A DNA stretch of 64,000 nt from Podospora anserina (Eukaryota): the NCBI GenBank assembly GCA_017654855.1, contig CM030333.1, positions 4,960,001 to 5,024,000 on the forward strand, given 5' to 3'. The notes under the pieces were generated by a model. That model saw nothing but the letters and a program-made list of their open reading frames with translations. It searched no databases and was not told the origin of the DNA. The position numbers were made by a program, and so were the translations under genes. Positions 50,601 to 64,000 of the stretch are shown in pieces. Positions within the stretch are counted from its first letter, which is position 1. Every line of letters starts with the position of its first letter.

Positions 50601-51163
50601 CAAATCCTATCCATCAGGTAAGTTTATGACTTTGATGTAGATATGGGTAGACTGCCTGGGTGGAGCCACTCTGGTAAGTTGGGTTATATTCAGTCTGCAT
50701 AGGCGTAAAAATAGAAGCTAGGTGGTCTAGACCCAGGTATGAAGTGCTCATTCTTCAGCTCCAGGCAAGCACCTGTCTCGTGACTGACAGGTAGTAATTC
50801 ATACTAAGGCCGAGGTGCACGAGGGAAGAAGCCCTTCATTAGGCCCAAGACATCATCGAGGGATGCAATATCGGTCGACTGCTTACCAAACCGCACTGAA
50901 TATCACCAGAGTTTATATCAGATGCCAATTGGAAACCTCAGCCACATCAATACTGCTCTGCTCTGCGAGCGCAGCAACGTTCCGATTGCTCGAGCTTTTA
51001 ATAACACCAAGAAATTAATCTGGAAAGCAAGAGATATTTAAACAGTTGGTGGCCAGCGTCATTGCTTCATCCCAGACCCTCGCCAAGCCCATGAGCCCCT
51101 GAACCCCTGAAAGTGATCCACCCAACCCAAGCATGCACAACATCAACATGGCAACATAGGTAA

Positions 51164-52999
51164 TCATACTTTCTCATGTTCCGCCACATGGCTCTGCTTG
51201 TCTGAGTCGTGGTGCATAACAGTCTTTGTAACCGCAGCTTCCGCCCTCTGGGCGAACTCCTCCTTGTCCTCAAACACTGTTGCAAACTTGTTAGAAATTT
51301 GAACTGCAACACACTTGAGAGTTTTGGGGCACATACAGAACGCAAGCTCCTCCAAGGACCTGCCGGAAGTCTCCGGCCAGAGGAACCAGATCATAATTGC
51401 TTCGGCAAAGATCCAGCAGCAGTAGACCAAGAGATATTTCCATCCGATGGCTTGGGTACCTTGGTCGGGTTAGTCTCTGCCATGTTTGATTGGTCGGAGT
51501 AAGGACTTACCGATCGGGTTGACATTGGTTCCGAAGAACTGAGCGGCCTTACCCCAGAACTGGAAGATGGAGATGCCACGAGCTCGGTTTGCGTAGGGGA
51601 AGATCTCGATCAGATATGCTGCCTTTTGTTAGCATTAAGTTTTGACCTGTGAACTCGAGAACGAGGCTTACTGTAAGTCAAGGCGTTGAAGCAAAGATTG
51701 TACGCAGGACTGTAGGCGTAAATCCAAAACAAACTCATCTTGGCCGCCACGTCAGACTTGGTATCGATGAAGATGGCTGTGCAAGCTGTCCAAGCCACAT
51801 AGACTGCCAAGATCGAAATGATACCCGTCAAGTACATCGTCCGCCGCCGGAATCTCATCACCACCAGTGCTGCACTCACGCCGCAGATCAGAGACCAGCA
51901 CTGGTTTCCCAGGTTGTACTTGGCCTGGAAGCTGGGATCAGTGTACCCGATCAGCTTCAGCACATCACCCAAGAAATACGAGATGACCACATTCCCGGAG
52001 AGCTGGGTGAAGAGGCCGAGCAACGATCCAATAATAACCCTGCGACGCATACCAGGGGTGGCAACAAGATCCATCCATGACCGTTTCGAGTGTTCGAGTT
52101 CAATCTCCAAGGTGGTGCGAATTTCAGCGATTTCAGCTTTGACAAACTCCGAGTCTGGATTGCCTTCAGCGTGATACTTGATCAGCACTGCCTCGGCTTC
52201 CTCGAACCGATCTTTGGACATGAGGTAACGGGGGGACTCTGGCAGGAAAAACACAAAGGCGACTTGCAGCAGAGAGGGGGCCATCTGCAACAAGCTCGGA
52301 ATGCGCCATGACCAGTCGTTGTTGATCTGTTGCGTTCCAAAGGTACACCCCGCGGCAACGATAGCTCCGATGAAGTAGCAAGCGTTGAACAGCGAGGTAA
52401 GAATGGGTCGTTCTTTTGGATATCCGAGTTCTCCGATGAGACAGGAGCCAGCAACGATGGCGTAAGGAAGGCCGAATCCGATGATACCTCGAGCCAGTAT
52501 GTACATAGGTCCTTTGCCACGTCAGCCTAGATGGGGAAAACCGCCAGTAATGATCGAACTTACCATTGAAAGCAAATCCCTGGATAATTGTCCCGATAAT
52601 CATGATCACGCTCCCAAACATGATGCACCACCTCCTTCCAAACGTATCATTCACAATAGGGATAAACGGCAGCCCTATCACTGATCCCAGTGGCAGAGCT
52701 GAAGCGAGGATACCATTGTATGCACCAGTGGGGTTGCCAAAGTCTGCTTTCTGTCAGCACAACCACTCGCTCTCAGCCCTTTGACGATGAACCGGCTTAC
52801 AGGCCTTCCAAGCTGGAAGAAGTTGCGCCGCGTTGATGATTTGAGAGTCGAACCCCGATGTCATCTCGATTCCGATAACGCAGGGAAAGAGTAGCAGGTA
52901 CATTGTTCTCAGATTGGGTTTCCTGTACCATGGGATGGGGTCATCCACCGCCATGCGATGGATGAGGTTGTGGTCACTTCCACTGCTGGCGCCGACCAT
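51164..52999 (-). CDS. MFS sugar porter, lactose/cellodextrin permease-like
   Basis: PWYRKPNLR, DTFGRRW, ELGYPKER, WSWRIPSLLQ, PESPR, PETSGRSLEE. About five short introns. Confidence 0.92.
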
Positions 53000-54591
53000 C
53001 TTGCTGCTGCCTTGGGCCCTACTCTGGCCCTGAGTGAGTGTAGTGTTGAGGTGAGGAAGGTGAGTTTTCGGTCGGTTCCAGAGGTGGTATCTGGGAACTG
53101 GACTGCTTTGGTGGATGGGGGATGACAGACAGGTATATGGCACTCAAACAGAGGAGAGAGATAAGATCGGAGCTCTTCCTGGGTCTCCTTTTCCGACCTC
53201 ACCAACTGAACGCTGACAATAGCCACTTCTCCACACGCTCCCAACGCGTCGCCGTCAGATTTTCCATATTGATCCTTCGTTAATCCATCTCCGCTTCATA
53301 TTGACCCCCAGTTCTGTCGGGCCGACAAGGCTTACTCTCCTCTACTATCCAGCAGAGATATCCTGTAAACCTCCAGACCAGTTCACTCGGATCTGACAGC
53401 CGCGCAGAAAGCCTTGATATCAAGAGGCCTTTAGCTGCGGGTAAATTCTGGCCTCAACTCCGATGTCTGCCTCGAGTATCCTGAAGCAGGGTGTGAACAA
53501 GTAACAAAAGCGGGATGGATGCCACCAGACCTGCAGATGGGAGAAGCGGCACCACAGTACCACTTTAGCCGAGATCGATCACACCACGCAGAACCACGCA
53601 TTTTAGGTGCCGTAACTGCCGTTGAAAGGGGGAATCAGCGGTTGGAATCTCTGGGCGGATGTCAGTGGCGTCGAGAACAAGAGATTCCCGGCAGTGGAAG
53701 GAGATTGCCCAGCCGGGAGCATCCGAGGTTTTGACTTGGCTTGATGCCTCTTCAACGTCTTGTCTTGGCTGTGTGTGTAAGACATGCTATATTGCTCTCT
53801 TTTTCGTTACATTTTCGAGTGTCTGTTAGTCTGCTTCTCGAAAACATGAGACAGGGGACGAACAGAAGCCGGTAGATTTGACTGGTAGCCGCACCAGTCA
53901 AGGTGAGGGACTTGAGTGTTTGCGGACAAGCAGGATGAACTGTTGGAAGCCAAAAGACCTGTTTGTACAACATCAAAATCATCTGATTGCAGACTTCCAT
54001 CCAGATGCAGTCGTCTTTGCTACCGCTGTGGGGCTGCCGGGTAAGCCAGGATGACTGGTGAGCGCAAAATCTTCCGTCGTCCCAACTCAATCTAAAGACT
54101 GTCAGGCAGAATCACGTCCGGCGTATTAACGAGTCCACTCGGCCAAATATTCATGCAAGCCCCTGTTCATTGTGTAATATTCTAGAAGATCAGAGCTCAT
54201 TTGGGCATGGTTTGTGATACTGTAAGAAACTGCGTCGTTGGACTGATTAGTTTCTCCGCCTATGATTATCTGCAATAATGCTGGGAAGCCGAGTTTATCA
54301 TAGCTCTACTCATCCGGTATGCTCTGGATCAAGTAGAATCAAGTGGTGTGCGAATATGCATATATTCAAGCATTTAATAGGTATTGGCCAGTGTACGAAT
54401 CGGATATCATCAAGATAAGTTGTTATAGACCAAAGAAACCTTTGAAATCCCCACAGGACGCCTGGCTGTAAGTCTTGTAAATGGTGCCAGTATCAACACC
54501 ATCCATGGGGTCCTATATCAAGGATTAGTAACCCGAAAGCTCAGTCTCATATCTGCTAGTAGCGTTGCGACTTACATTGCACTAGCCTCGT

Positions 54592-54810
54592 CTAACATCT
54601 CCCACATTCATACCAATCGCAAATACCTTCACAGATGTTGGAACACAGACAACGTCCGTTGGTACAAAATCCTGTTCCGCCTCCGCAAGTTCCTCGTGCT
54701 GTTGGGCCCATGTTGGGGAGCATATCGCCGTTTGGCAGGATGACAGGGGCAGGTATGGCGAGCCCAAGTGGAATAATTAGCACCAAGGCCAATCTAATCA
54801 TCGTGTTCAT
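54592..54810 (-). CDS. Small secreted cysteine-rich peptide (72 aa, 8 Cys)
   Basis: Signal peptide, short propeptide ending in R, 33-aa Cys-rich C-terminus. Start context aaaaATG and a TATA-like element at ~54945. Confidence 0.75.
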   Translation of the reverse strand: MNTMIRLALVLIIPLGLAIPAPVILPNGDMLPNMGPTARGTCGGGTGFCTNGRCLCSNICEGICDWYECGRC

Positions 54811-56490
54811 TTTTGCGTGCTTGAATTTGTCGAAGGTTTCGTTGTTTGGGCGGCGAAAAAGGTGACTGAAGCGTCGAGTAATCGGACTTTCACACCATCA
54901 AGACACTGAGGTCTCTTGCAAGAAGGGCTTTCAACGAGAGAGCTATATACATGAAGATGATGGCAAGCGGCCTCCCATCAAATTGTTGTATGTTGTGTTA
55001 CAGGGCCCAAAAACTAACCCGCGTGTTGGTCGCGCCAGGTCTGTATTCATCCAAATGCCTTTCCGGGTGGTGAGGAGAATCAGTCTTGTATGGTACCGGC
55101 AGTTGGGGAGACTGCCACAGACCTCCTTCATGTGGATCCGACTGTGTTCCTTCATTCTCTGCCTCTGAAGGTCCATGCCCGACCAGGATATCCGAGGAGC
55201 AACAAGGCCACACTTGCGGCATTTGGGACCGGCGCTCCACTACGAAAATTGGGTCAGCCATGTTCGCTGGTAGTTTCCATTGTTCGAGATCATATCTTTC
55301 CATACCCAACTCCTCCATTCTGTGATTCAAGCCCTCTACCCTCTTTCTGTCATTGCTCCGACAGGTCTCTCGAATATCATCCTCAATACCTTCGACCTCA
55401 CGTCACATTTGTGGTTGCTCCCACATTTCTGGCAGGCCCACACACGTGGGTTTCTCTGTGATTTTAGGGCTTGTCTATCACACACTTCTGTGGCTTGTTT
55501 TTTCTCTCTGTTAGATTTCTACCATCATCACTTTTCTCACCACTTTTGCCTCAATTTTCGCGTCAGCGACCACTGTCCACTGTCCCACATGATCTGATCC
55601 AATCTGCGATCAATTGTGTGATCATCTTGACGCTGCGCCGGCTTCTCTGAGCTATTCCGGGGGTCAGGCGTTGGCGAGTTATCACGAGATACTGGATTTA
55701 TGGCAGCTTCCGAGTTCTTCTTCTATTGTCCACTGTCCCTCGACTTCATGGCGTGAATCTGTGTGCTGACCAGCTCAAGAAGTAAACGCTCTTTCTCCTG
55801 CTGATTGAGGCGCTCCTGTTTGCGCTCCTGTTCGCGCTCCTATTCCCGTATTTTTTGCCTGAATGGGGTAGGTTTTCCTTCTCTCGAGATGAGGATGACA
55901 AAGCACGCACTATCATGCACCCATGCTTGGATGTCTGTGCACGTTTGTGTTGGACTTGGCTCACCGAAGCGTGGTTTTGTGACAAGGGCTGGAATTCTGG
56001 GCTTGGAATAACACTTGATGAGGAATCCTTTCGTCCAACTGCTCTGCTCTTCTGCTCGTGTATTCATCTCTCTCAAAGAGGTCCTCGCTTGTGATAACCT
56101 TGGCCATCTTCTAATAATACATCTGCTGCTGCCGTCGGTAACACGTCACTCGTTTCACTTCCCAACAACCGGCTCAGACATTCCAGTTTGAGTGAGCCAC
56201 AAGAGAAAATGCAGTCTTGGCTGTGTTTTGTGGGCGAGGCACGATAACTCGCTTGAGGTCGCTTGATTGTTACAGATAGATCCGGGAAGCAACAGGGACT
56301 GACGCTAGCGAGCAACCCCCCTGACTTCCGATGCTTCCCGGCCAACTTTTGTTTCTCCAAAACGTCAAGGATGAAGCTTTTCTTTTACTTTTCTTTCTTG
56401 CTCTGGTAAAGAGGATAACCCTCAAACATACCGAGACATAATTTGACGCTATACCTGCAAATGAAAGAAAAATTATGTGTGGCCGCTAAA

Positions 56491-57761
56491 CTACTCCGGC
56501 ATCGACCCTTTCCTAACAGTCTTCTGCATCTCGTATCCGCCTTCCTCATCACTCATGCTTCTTTTCCCATTACTGTATGTTGAAACCACCTCGACCTCAT
56601 CAACCCGGCAAATGCGTTTTGGGTCGCGGCCGGTGCTCGATCCCAAAATCCCTGTGTCGCTCATATCATCTCCGCAACCAGGCCGCTCCTCCTCCATGTT
56701 TCCCTCGGCCTTGACAGTAATGACGATCCCAGTCCGATTTGCACCATACTGGGGCGTCGTAGCCTGGTAATACTGTCTGCCCTTTGTGCGGACCGAGGTG
56801 CGCACTTCGTTGAAAAGCACGCGCAACGCAGGGATAGAGGCGGCCATGATGGTGACAGAGATTTCCGCAGTGTCGTAGATGTTGAGCTGGGCGGTATAGA
56901 ACGAGTCCATCTTGAGGAGATTTTGAAGCGAGACAGTCTTGACTATGGCCATAATTGCGGCGCTGTGGCAGTAAGACATAGGTTAGCGCACGTCGGAGCA
57001 CTGGAGAGAAACGAAAGAAACACAGACATGATTCCCATGCTCATGGCGATGCCCACGCCTAGTTTCTCCTTGGTCCGCATTTGCAGCTTCGAAATGATCA
57101 TCCACGGCAACAAGGCTAACACAAGATCGCAGAGGGCCGAGTATGCCCCGGACACATATGCAAGCACGAGTGAGACGTTGAATGAATGACATGAACCCTC
57201 GACGCTCAGGTCCCACGTCTTCTGGATCGGTGTGCAAAGGAGCCACGGGACCATGGCAGAGAGTCCGAAGGCGATGTTCATGCTGATGATGATGAACCAT
57301 ACGGCCCACTTCATCCAACCCTCGGAGAAGCGTAGCATGGTAATGGCGAAGGCTGTTTTACTCCAGGACATTGCAGTGATGGTAAGGGTCGCTCGCGGCA
57401 TCATGAGAAGGAGCTCTTTGGTGGAAGGTATTGGACTGACACCGGGTTTGTCCCAAGGATGCTTCCCGTAGCCCATATCTGCCACCAGCGTCGTCATCAA
57501 GCAGGTCGCTACCAGGTGGATGACCTGTGATGCGATCAAGAAGTGATCATCCCACCATAGCCGCCGGCTGCCGATGAGCTTGCAGTAGACTCTTGTGCCT
57601 AGAAATAACCCCGCCGCGCACCATAGTGACCAACCGACGGCGAGGAGCTGGGGGCCGGCATTGTCATGGGATAGAAGGGCCGGGTCGCCATAATCGATCA
57701 TTGGAGGACCCATTGCGTTGCCGCCGTCAGTCGAAGGAGGTCGTTGTACTGATCGGTCCAT
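56491..57761 (-). CDS. PTH11-like integral membrane protein (fungal rhodopsin domain, no CFEM)
   Basis: RRLWWDD, GYGKH, WSKTAFAITMLR, CTPIQKTWD, DLVLALLPW, KEKLGVGIAMSMG, AEISVTIMAASIPALR. One intron ~56968-57025. Confidence 0.9.
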
Positions 57762-58794
57762 GTCGTTCGGGAATGGACTTCAGGTTAGGTACGTGACATT
57801 CCTGTAACGATAAACATGAGGAAAAAAATAAAAGAGAATATAATAAGAGAGAAGAGTCCGGGGAAGGTCACATTAGAGATAAAGTATTGCAGATCGTTCG
57901 ATTCCACCAGGGGGATCGGATCTGCAATATGGAGCCATTCTTTTCAGGGGAAAGGAAGCAGTGGAGTCTAGACCCGAACCACGGGACTGGTTTCGCGCAC
58001 AGAACCTTCGAATCTGCCAACAACGGCTGACACTAATACACGACACACAGACGCACACCTCTTGCCGAATCCGTATTCGATGCTCGGTCTCAAGCAACTT
58101 CCTTGGTAGCTGGTGTCGTTTTACCTAATAAGCGATGAGGATCTCGCAGCTATCACTTCACTCCCAGTGGAGCGCTTAAGTTGGCTACATGCACCTCATC
58201 CTTTAAGGTAGCATGTGCACCGACACACCTGCATCTATTCGGCCATTCTCGCAAGAGTCTAAATCAAGGAGGTTTGATTGATCAAAGCGTTTTTACATAT
58301 TTTATTATCTTTTTTGCCAAAAACCTCGGAGACATACAAACCTCAACAGTAGAAATCATCTAATACCTCATGATTCGCCAAAACCTTTCCGCCATGGCTT
58401 CTCCGCGACCATGGAGTCTGCTAGCTTGGCGCGCTGCAGGACTGCCTCAGGAACGCCTGGACAGGAGTCCATCATCAGGCTAGGGGGTAATCCGGTAGGC
58501 AAATAGCTCAAACCTGTGGAAGCAAAAGGACATCCTACCCACAGGGTAGGCCGGGTGGTATGTATCTCTACAAAACCGATATCCATATCCTGCAATGGCG
58601 TCTGAAAGAGAGTGGTCTTCCGGTTGCTTCAATTAGGTAAGCAACCTGAAACATCTTTGAACAGGGAAGGTTTACATTGATGCGGGAGGTACTTCCGCTT
58701 GGCAACTCGCGAATCTATGGTAGGACTTCAGACTGTTAAGTTCATACTAGGTACCTATTCACCACACAGCCATCCTCCAAAGTCAATTGTAAAC

Positions 58795-60237
58795 ATGAGT
58801 TTGGAAACACCCAAAAGTAAAGAGCACAGGACGCCCAAAGTTCTTCGATACCTTGGGAAGGTCGATGTCGACTGCAGATACCGGTGGAAAAAGGCACAGT
58901 GGGGAGTGTTGGATACTACCGAAAGGCCTGCTGGGATTGTCTACATGGATATCACCTTCAAGCAACCACCAGGTTATTGGCTTCAGAGCGCAACTGTTTT
59001 TGTCACGTTGAGCCAGGACGCAACCTTGAACACACGACGCCAGCACAAGTCTTCGTCCGCTTAATTCCGACTACTCCGTTCAGATGACACAACAGTTTAG
59101 ACCCAAGTCTTTGACTGGCACACCGACTGTTCAGTGGGAAGAGAAGTCAAACTCCTTCATCCCAACCTTCGGCGCTATGGGGCTTCGAGCTAGTAGGTGT
59201 AGGCCACCAGTCTACCACCTCAATCAGTCGTGTTGATCAACGGGTGTTCAAAGGGACTGTAGGAAGATCAAAAAACCCGCAAGATTACTGCACGTTGGAG
59301 TGGGAGTTCATCGGCAATGAGCTGGACCCCAGCAAAGCAAACAAACAGGAGTACAACACGGCTTTCTCCTTTGAACACAGCGGAAAGCTGGTCATCATGC
59401 AAGTGGATATCCGTCAGGGGAAGGTACAACGCAAGAGCCCTCTAATTAGACACAATTTTCTTACTAAAGTTTTCAACCCAGTTCGGGGAGAGTGGTAGCT
59501 CTACTCTCACCCACCTCGACCTTAGCAAGCAATGGGACTTAAGAAAGTTTTTGATCCAATCGTCGATGGTCTCGACATGGCCATGCATATGGAAAATTGT
59601 GGTAATTCTAACACAGTGGTTCCGGACGCAGTTCCAGCTCAATTCCATCTCCTGAATTGGCAAAGCCCGAGTAACAGTATTCACGGCCCACCCAATGCCC
59701 AAACACAAGCCCAAAGCGAAGTCAACATCACAATCAAGCCAACGGCCAGGAGGATCGTCAAAATGGTCCACAGCCGATAAAGCCGGAAGAGCCCCAACAG
59801 CAACAGCTGAACACAGCACCAAAACAAATATAAGGACTTCCGACAGAATTCTAACCGCACCGCGCAGTGAAGCTCTCGAGGATGCCATCAAGGAGTTTGT
59901 CTAGGTCCCAGGACTTCTCATTCTGATTACCTGAATTCTCTCGTTGCCATTACCGGGTGGCTTTCCTCAAGGCCGGAGCCACCCGCTTGCAGACCTTCAC
60001 AGCACCAACAGAGAGCATGGAGGGAGAAAAAGACCGAAGACTGTGGACGAAGCCAAAATGACGTCTGGGAGTGAAGCATTAGGGATTTCTGACAGTCTGG
60101 TCTGGGAAGGCTCGCCTGATACGGCCGCTAAATCAATCAAAAGCGGAGGGCAAGTAGGAGGTCACGGTGCAGGTAGATCTTTTCATCCAACAAAAGTAGC
60201 GTCATCAACAGGAGGAAGAAGGCCTATGACACACTAG
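58795..60237 (+). pseudogene. Decayed gene of a fungal hypothetical protein
   Basis: Protein-like blocks (GKVDVDCRY..WGVL..PAGIVYMDITF, TLEWEFIGNEL, YNTAFSFEH, GLDMAMHMEN) broken by stops and frameshifts at ~59062, ~59190, ~59500, ~59780 and ~59904. Confidence 0.6.
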
Positions 60238-61371
60238 TATTAAACATCGGACGACTAGCGGGAGAATGGTTATCATTCGGGAGTTTTATTTGCGGATTAA
60301 CGACCAAAAGAGTTCATATTTTACCTATGCACTCATACCATGAGCGAATTTTCATTCCAACAAAGAAAGGAAAACCGAGGATAGGTAATGTGGTGAGGCC
60401 TATATCATATACATAGCCATCCGTTGCATGCAGCTCGGCTACACGTAGCACAAATCGTACTTTGTCTCAGCCTCAGACAGACATGACTTCATAAGTCAAA
60501 CTCACAAGTCAAACCCGGGTACGTGGTAAGCCAATCTGAATCGAGTAAGCTGGATCGTTTGACTGGATGTAGGTTTCACTCAAGCTTGCGCTCATCGTTG
60601 CGACCAGGGTGCACATGTCGGAGTCGATATATAAGGCCGACCAAAAGATCGCCGTTCAAATAACTACTGGTGTTTGTAGTCAACGGACTATTAGCTCAAT
60701 CCTTCATATTCAACTCGGACACCCTACCTCCACCTGATATAACGCAAACGCTGCCTGTAATCTGTCTACCACGCGGTCATATTAAAAGTGTAACTATGAA
60801 CGGGGGTTTTTCCACGTTGTCTTGGGTCTTTTAACCTTCTTGGCGTCCAGCAAAATCCAAAGCTTGTCCGTTGATGAGAAGCAGCGCTGGATGTTTTGGT
60901 TGGAGAGGGGGATCTTCGGATAGATTAAGCTTTTTTGGATGAATATGTCTGGGCCCGCCGCCAAGGCCCTTACCGGATGATGGCACCCCGCTCCGAAGGG
61001 TCCCTCTGTTGCTTTGCGATGAATCCCATTTATCGATCCTTGGTTCTCTATCTGGTCCTTTAGTTTCCGTGGGGTAAGTGACCACAGATCCGGCCGCATG
61101 AATGGGCATAGATACCCATCAAGACAAGCGTGGCGACGCGATGACGATGAAGGGCACCAACCCGGTAATTAAGTACGACCTCGGGAGTAGGGAGCAGAAA
61201 CATGGGAATAAATGAATAGAAGGAACGAGTGACATAAGAAAGGGAGGACCTGCCGCACCCTCCTACTGTGTCTCGGATGCTGCCGAGCCTTTCTCCATTC
61301 CTTCCAACTGTCGTGTTGTGGCATCCAGAACCAAAACAACGAGCGAGAGGGAAACACTCACAAGAGCAAAG

Positions 61372-62699
61372 ATGGGCCATATCATCAACACCGTCGCGAG
61401 CGTCGCGGCTTTGACCGCGCTCTTCATCCCCGAAGTAGCTGCTCAGTCATGCCCGGGCGTCAACAGTCGCTTCCAGCCCCGTATGGGTTCTGGGTACCGG
61501 TTCAGCTTGCTTGCTACCGGGCTCCGCCAGCCCAGACACATAACCATCGATAGCGCCGGTAACCTCCTTGTCGCTGAGGGTGGTTCTCAGTCAGTCAGAC
61601 GCTTGGTCCTTCAGGATCAGGGCAACATCGTTTGTGTTCAGTCCAACACCCAGCTCAGCGGTACCAACGTAAGCCACCCCCATTGCAAGCAAGATGGATA
61701 TGAGGGTGGAGCTGATAAGGCAGGCGACAGACCAACCATGGTATTGCTCTTTCTGCTGATGGCAGGACACTCTTCACGTCCAACTTGGCCTCGGTGAACG
61801 CCTACTCCTATGACCCGGCCACAGGACAGGTTGGCTCCGGACGCCAGATTGTAAACGGAATGTCCAACACGGGCACTCACCCGACCAGAGCCATTGCTAC
61901 CTCCAAGTGGTCTCCAGACACCATTCTCGTGGCGCGTGGTTCTCAAAACAACATTGATACCACGACCACTCAGACTTCCTCTGGTCGTTCGATGATCAAG
62001 ACCTTCTCCATCTCGGCTGGCACGCAGTCAACCATCAACTACAACACGGGCGGCGAGGTCCTTGGCTGGGGTCTCCGCAATATCGTCGGCTTGACCGAGG
62101 ACCCTGCCTACGGCGGCATCTGGTCTGTCGAGAACCAGATGGACGACCTCCGACTCAACGGTCGTGACATCCACAACAACAACCCAGCTGAGCGCCTCAG
62201 CTACCACGGCGTTCTCAACGCCACCACCAACCGATACAAGGGTCTCAACTACGGGTACCCCTCTTGCGTCCCGGCATGGGACCCCCAAAACGTCGGCATC
62301 AACGGTCTGGTGGTGGGCTCCCTCTTCAAGCCCGACTCTGTCCCCAACGCCAACGACTGTGCCAACCGCATGACGGGCCGCCTCCATTTCCACGCTCACA
62401 CTGCTCCTCTTGATGTCAAGTTCACCGCCAACGGAACTGCCGCATACATTGCGTTCCACGGCAGCTGGAACCGCAACCCTGCTGATGGGTACCGTGTCAT
62501 GAGGGTGGACTTCCGGAACGGCGATCCAGTGGCCGACGTCAGCTCGACGACGGCGCAGATTCCGGTCATGGAGAACAGCAATGTCGGCGGCTGCCCCAAC
62601 AACTGCTTCCGTCCGGTCGGTCTGGCGTTTGATGCCAAGGGTCGCTTGTATGTGTCGAGCGACACGACCGGTGAGATTTATGTCATCTATGGCGCTTGA
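61372..62699 (+). CDS. Secreted glucose/sorbosone dehydrogenase-like beta-propeller (PQQ-dependent, AA12-like)
   Basis: Signal peptide, GLRQPRHI, NHGIA, HPTR, GWGLRN, WSVEN, NNPAE, AHTAPLD, FHGSWNR, CFRPVGLAFD. Intron 61669-61730. Confidence 0.92.
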
Positions 62700-64000
62700 G
62701 CAGGGTGAGATGGGTCAGCCTGTCGTTTCTGTGTATCTACCTGGTATTGAGTGCGGCCGAGTTAGACAACGAGGATCAGGTTGTGTCACCTACATGTCGT
62801 TACAGTGATCGATGCGAATGTGGTTGGAATGCAGAGAACCGTGGAAGGGAAGATGTCAAAAGGCTGGGCGCAGCATGTCAAATAAAGCCAAGCCCAGGTG
62901 CCAAACAAGAGCGAGAAAAAGAAAAGAAATTGGCGGAAATGGAGCAAGTGCAACTACCGAAGCTAGCAATTGAGCCAGATAAGGGCACGCAAGCGACAAA
63001 CCTCTCATTCTTTTCCGTCAGGCAAATCAATTGCCAGTCAAGTCAGATCAAGTCATGTCTCACGTGGAAAAACATCTCCGAAATGAAACAGGCACTTTTG
63101 GGGAGCCCCAGAAGCCAAGAGTGTGGGGAGCTCCACTAAACGACACGCCAAGAGAGCTTCGGCAACGGGGCATGCGAGGGACGTGGACACCAACCCTTGG
63201 CATCGAACTGTTGCATCGTCACCATTCACCCGTCCGAACACATATTAGCTGATATCGCCATCATTTATTGGCCTCGAGTATCCTCGAAAATCCCTTGCAC
63301 ACCGTAGGACACCACTAACTCCACCTGGCCGGAATATTTCGTCCGAGTACCTTACCCAACCAACGCCTTGTGCCGGTTCATCAGCTCGCCGTTTGACCTC
63401 TTGCTATATGAGCAGACCTGCTGATAAGCTTCACAGGCACTTGTAAAGTGGAGGTTTTGTGTTACCTTGAACACCACCGCTCTTGTGGCCATCAAGTCAA
63501 GACCGCCACCGCCATGTCACAAGGGAACTTTGAACCAGCCCTACAACACCTACAACTCCTACATGGCCTCTTAATGAGCTTATCACGTTCGCCATACGTA
63601 CAGGTACACTTTAGCCACATTACCTGCAACAGGGACTCTGGGTTATACAGCTGACCACATCATCCACATGCTTGTTCGGTGAGGACGACAATGACATTGT
63701 TTCGAACCTATGAAACTATTCAAAACCATACGGCTTGGTCACGCCATACACCGATATGTTCTGTCCCCGCTCTTTATCACTCATGAAAGCAACCTAATAG
63801 GGTGCCTCAATCCGCCAACATTGATGAGCGCATAATGCTCGCTGCAATACTCATGCGAGTGGTCTGGAGCAATGATAATCAGGCCAATACGAAACCGTCC
63901 CAACCATCCGTCACCATGCATGGAAGCACAAATGCAGACTACGTTCAAAGATCCGAGTACTGTTCACATTTGATTTGGTTGGGAATGGCTACAACGGGAG

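Noticed and set aside
63448..63654. LCYLEHHRSCGH as a third member of the Cys/His family
   Set aside because: No ATG start and no downstream cysteines in the pattern.

Overview
Eukaryotic DNA from a filamentous ascomycete with active RIP. Sordariales, Podospora-like, is my inference from gene content and style, not a database result. Bases 1-21430 are an extremely AT-rich, RIP-mutated nested transposon island. A full-length ~12.2 kb Ty3/gypsy-type LTR element (minus strand, 363-bp LTRs, 4-bp TSD, tRNA-Gln-type PBS) sits in opposite orientation inside a second copy of the same family. Each copy carries an extra solo LTR. The outer copy interrupts a Fot1/pogo-type DNA transposon, which in turn truncates a gene with a Zn-cluster-like motif. 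Bases 21430-64000 are gene-rich with normal GC and short introns. They contain a HET-domain pseudogene, two 2OG-Fe(II) dioxygenases, two MFS transporters, a Cdc25/Acr2-like rhodanese, a CorA-domain protein, dynactin p25, a secreted intradiol dioxygenase, tRNA-Asp, an M43 metalloprotease, a small 8-Cys secreted peptide, a PTH11-like receptor, an AA12-like dehydrogenase and several hypothetical or decayed genes. Two intergenic stretches look like structured non-coding RNAs. All calls were made by eye and no searches were run.
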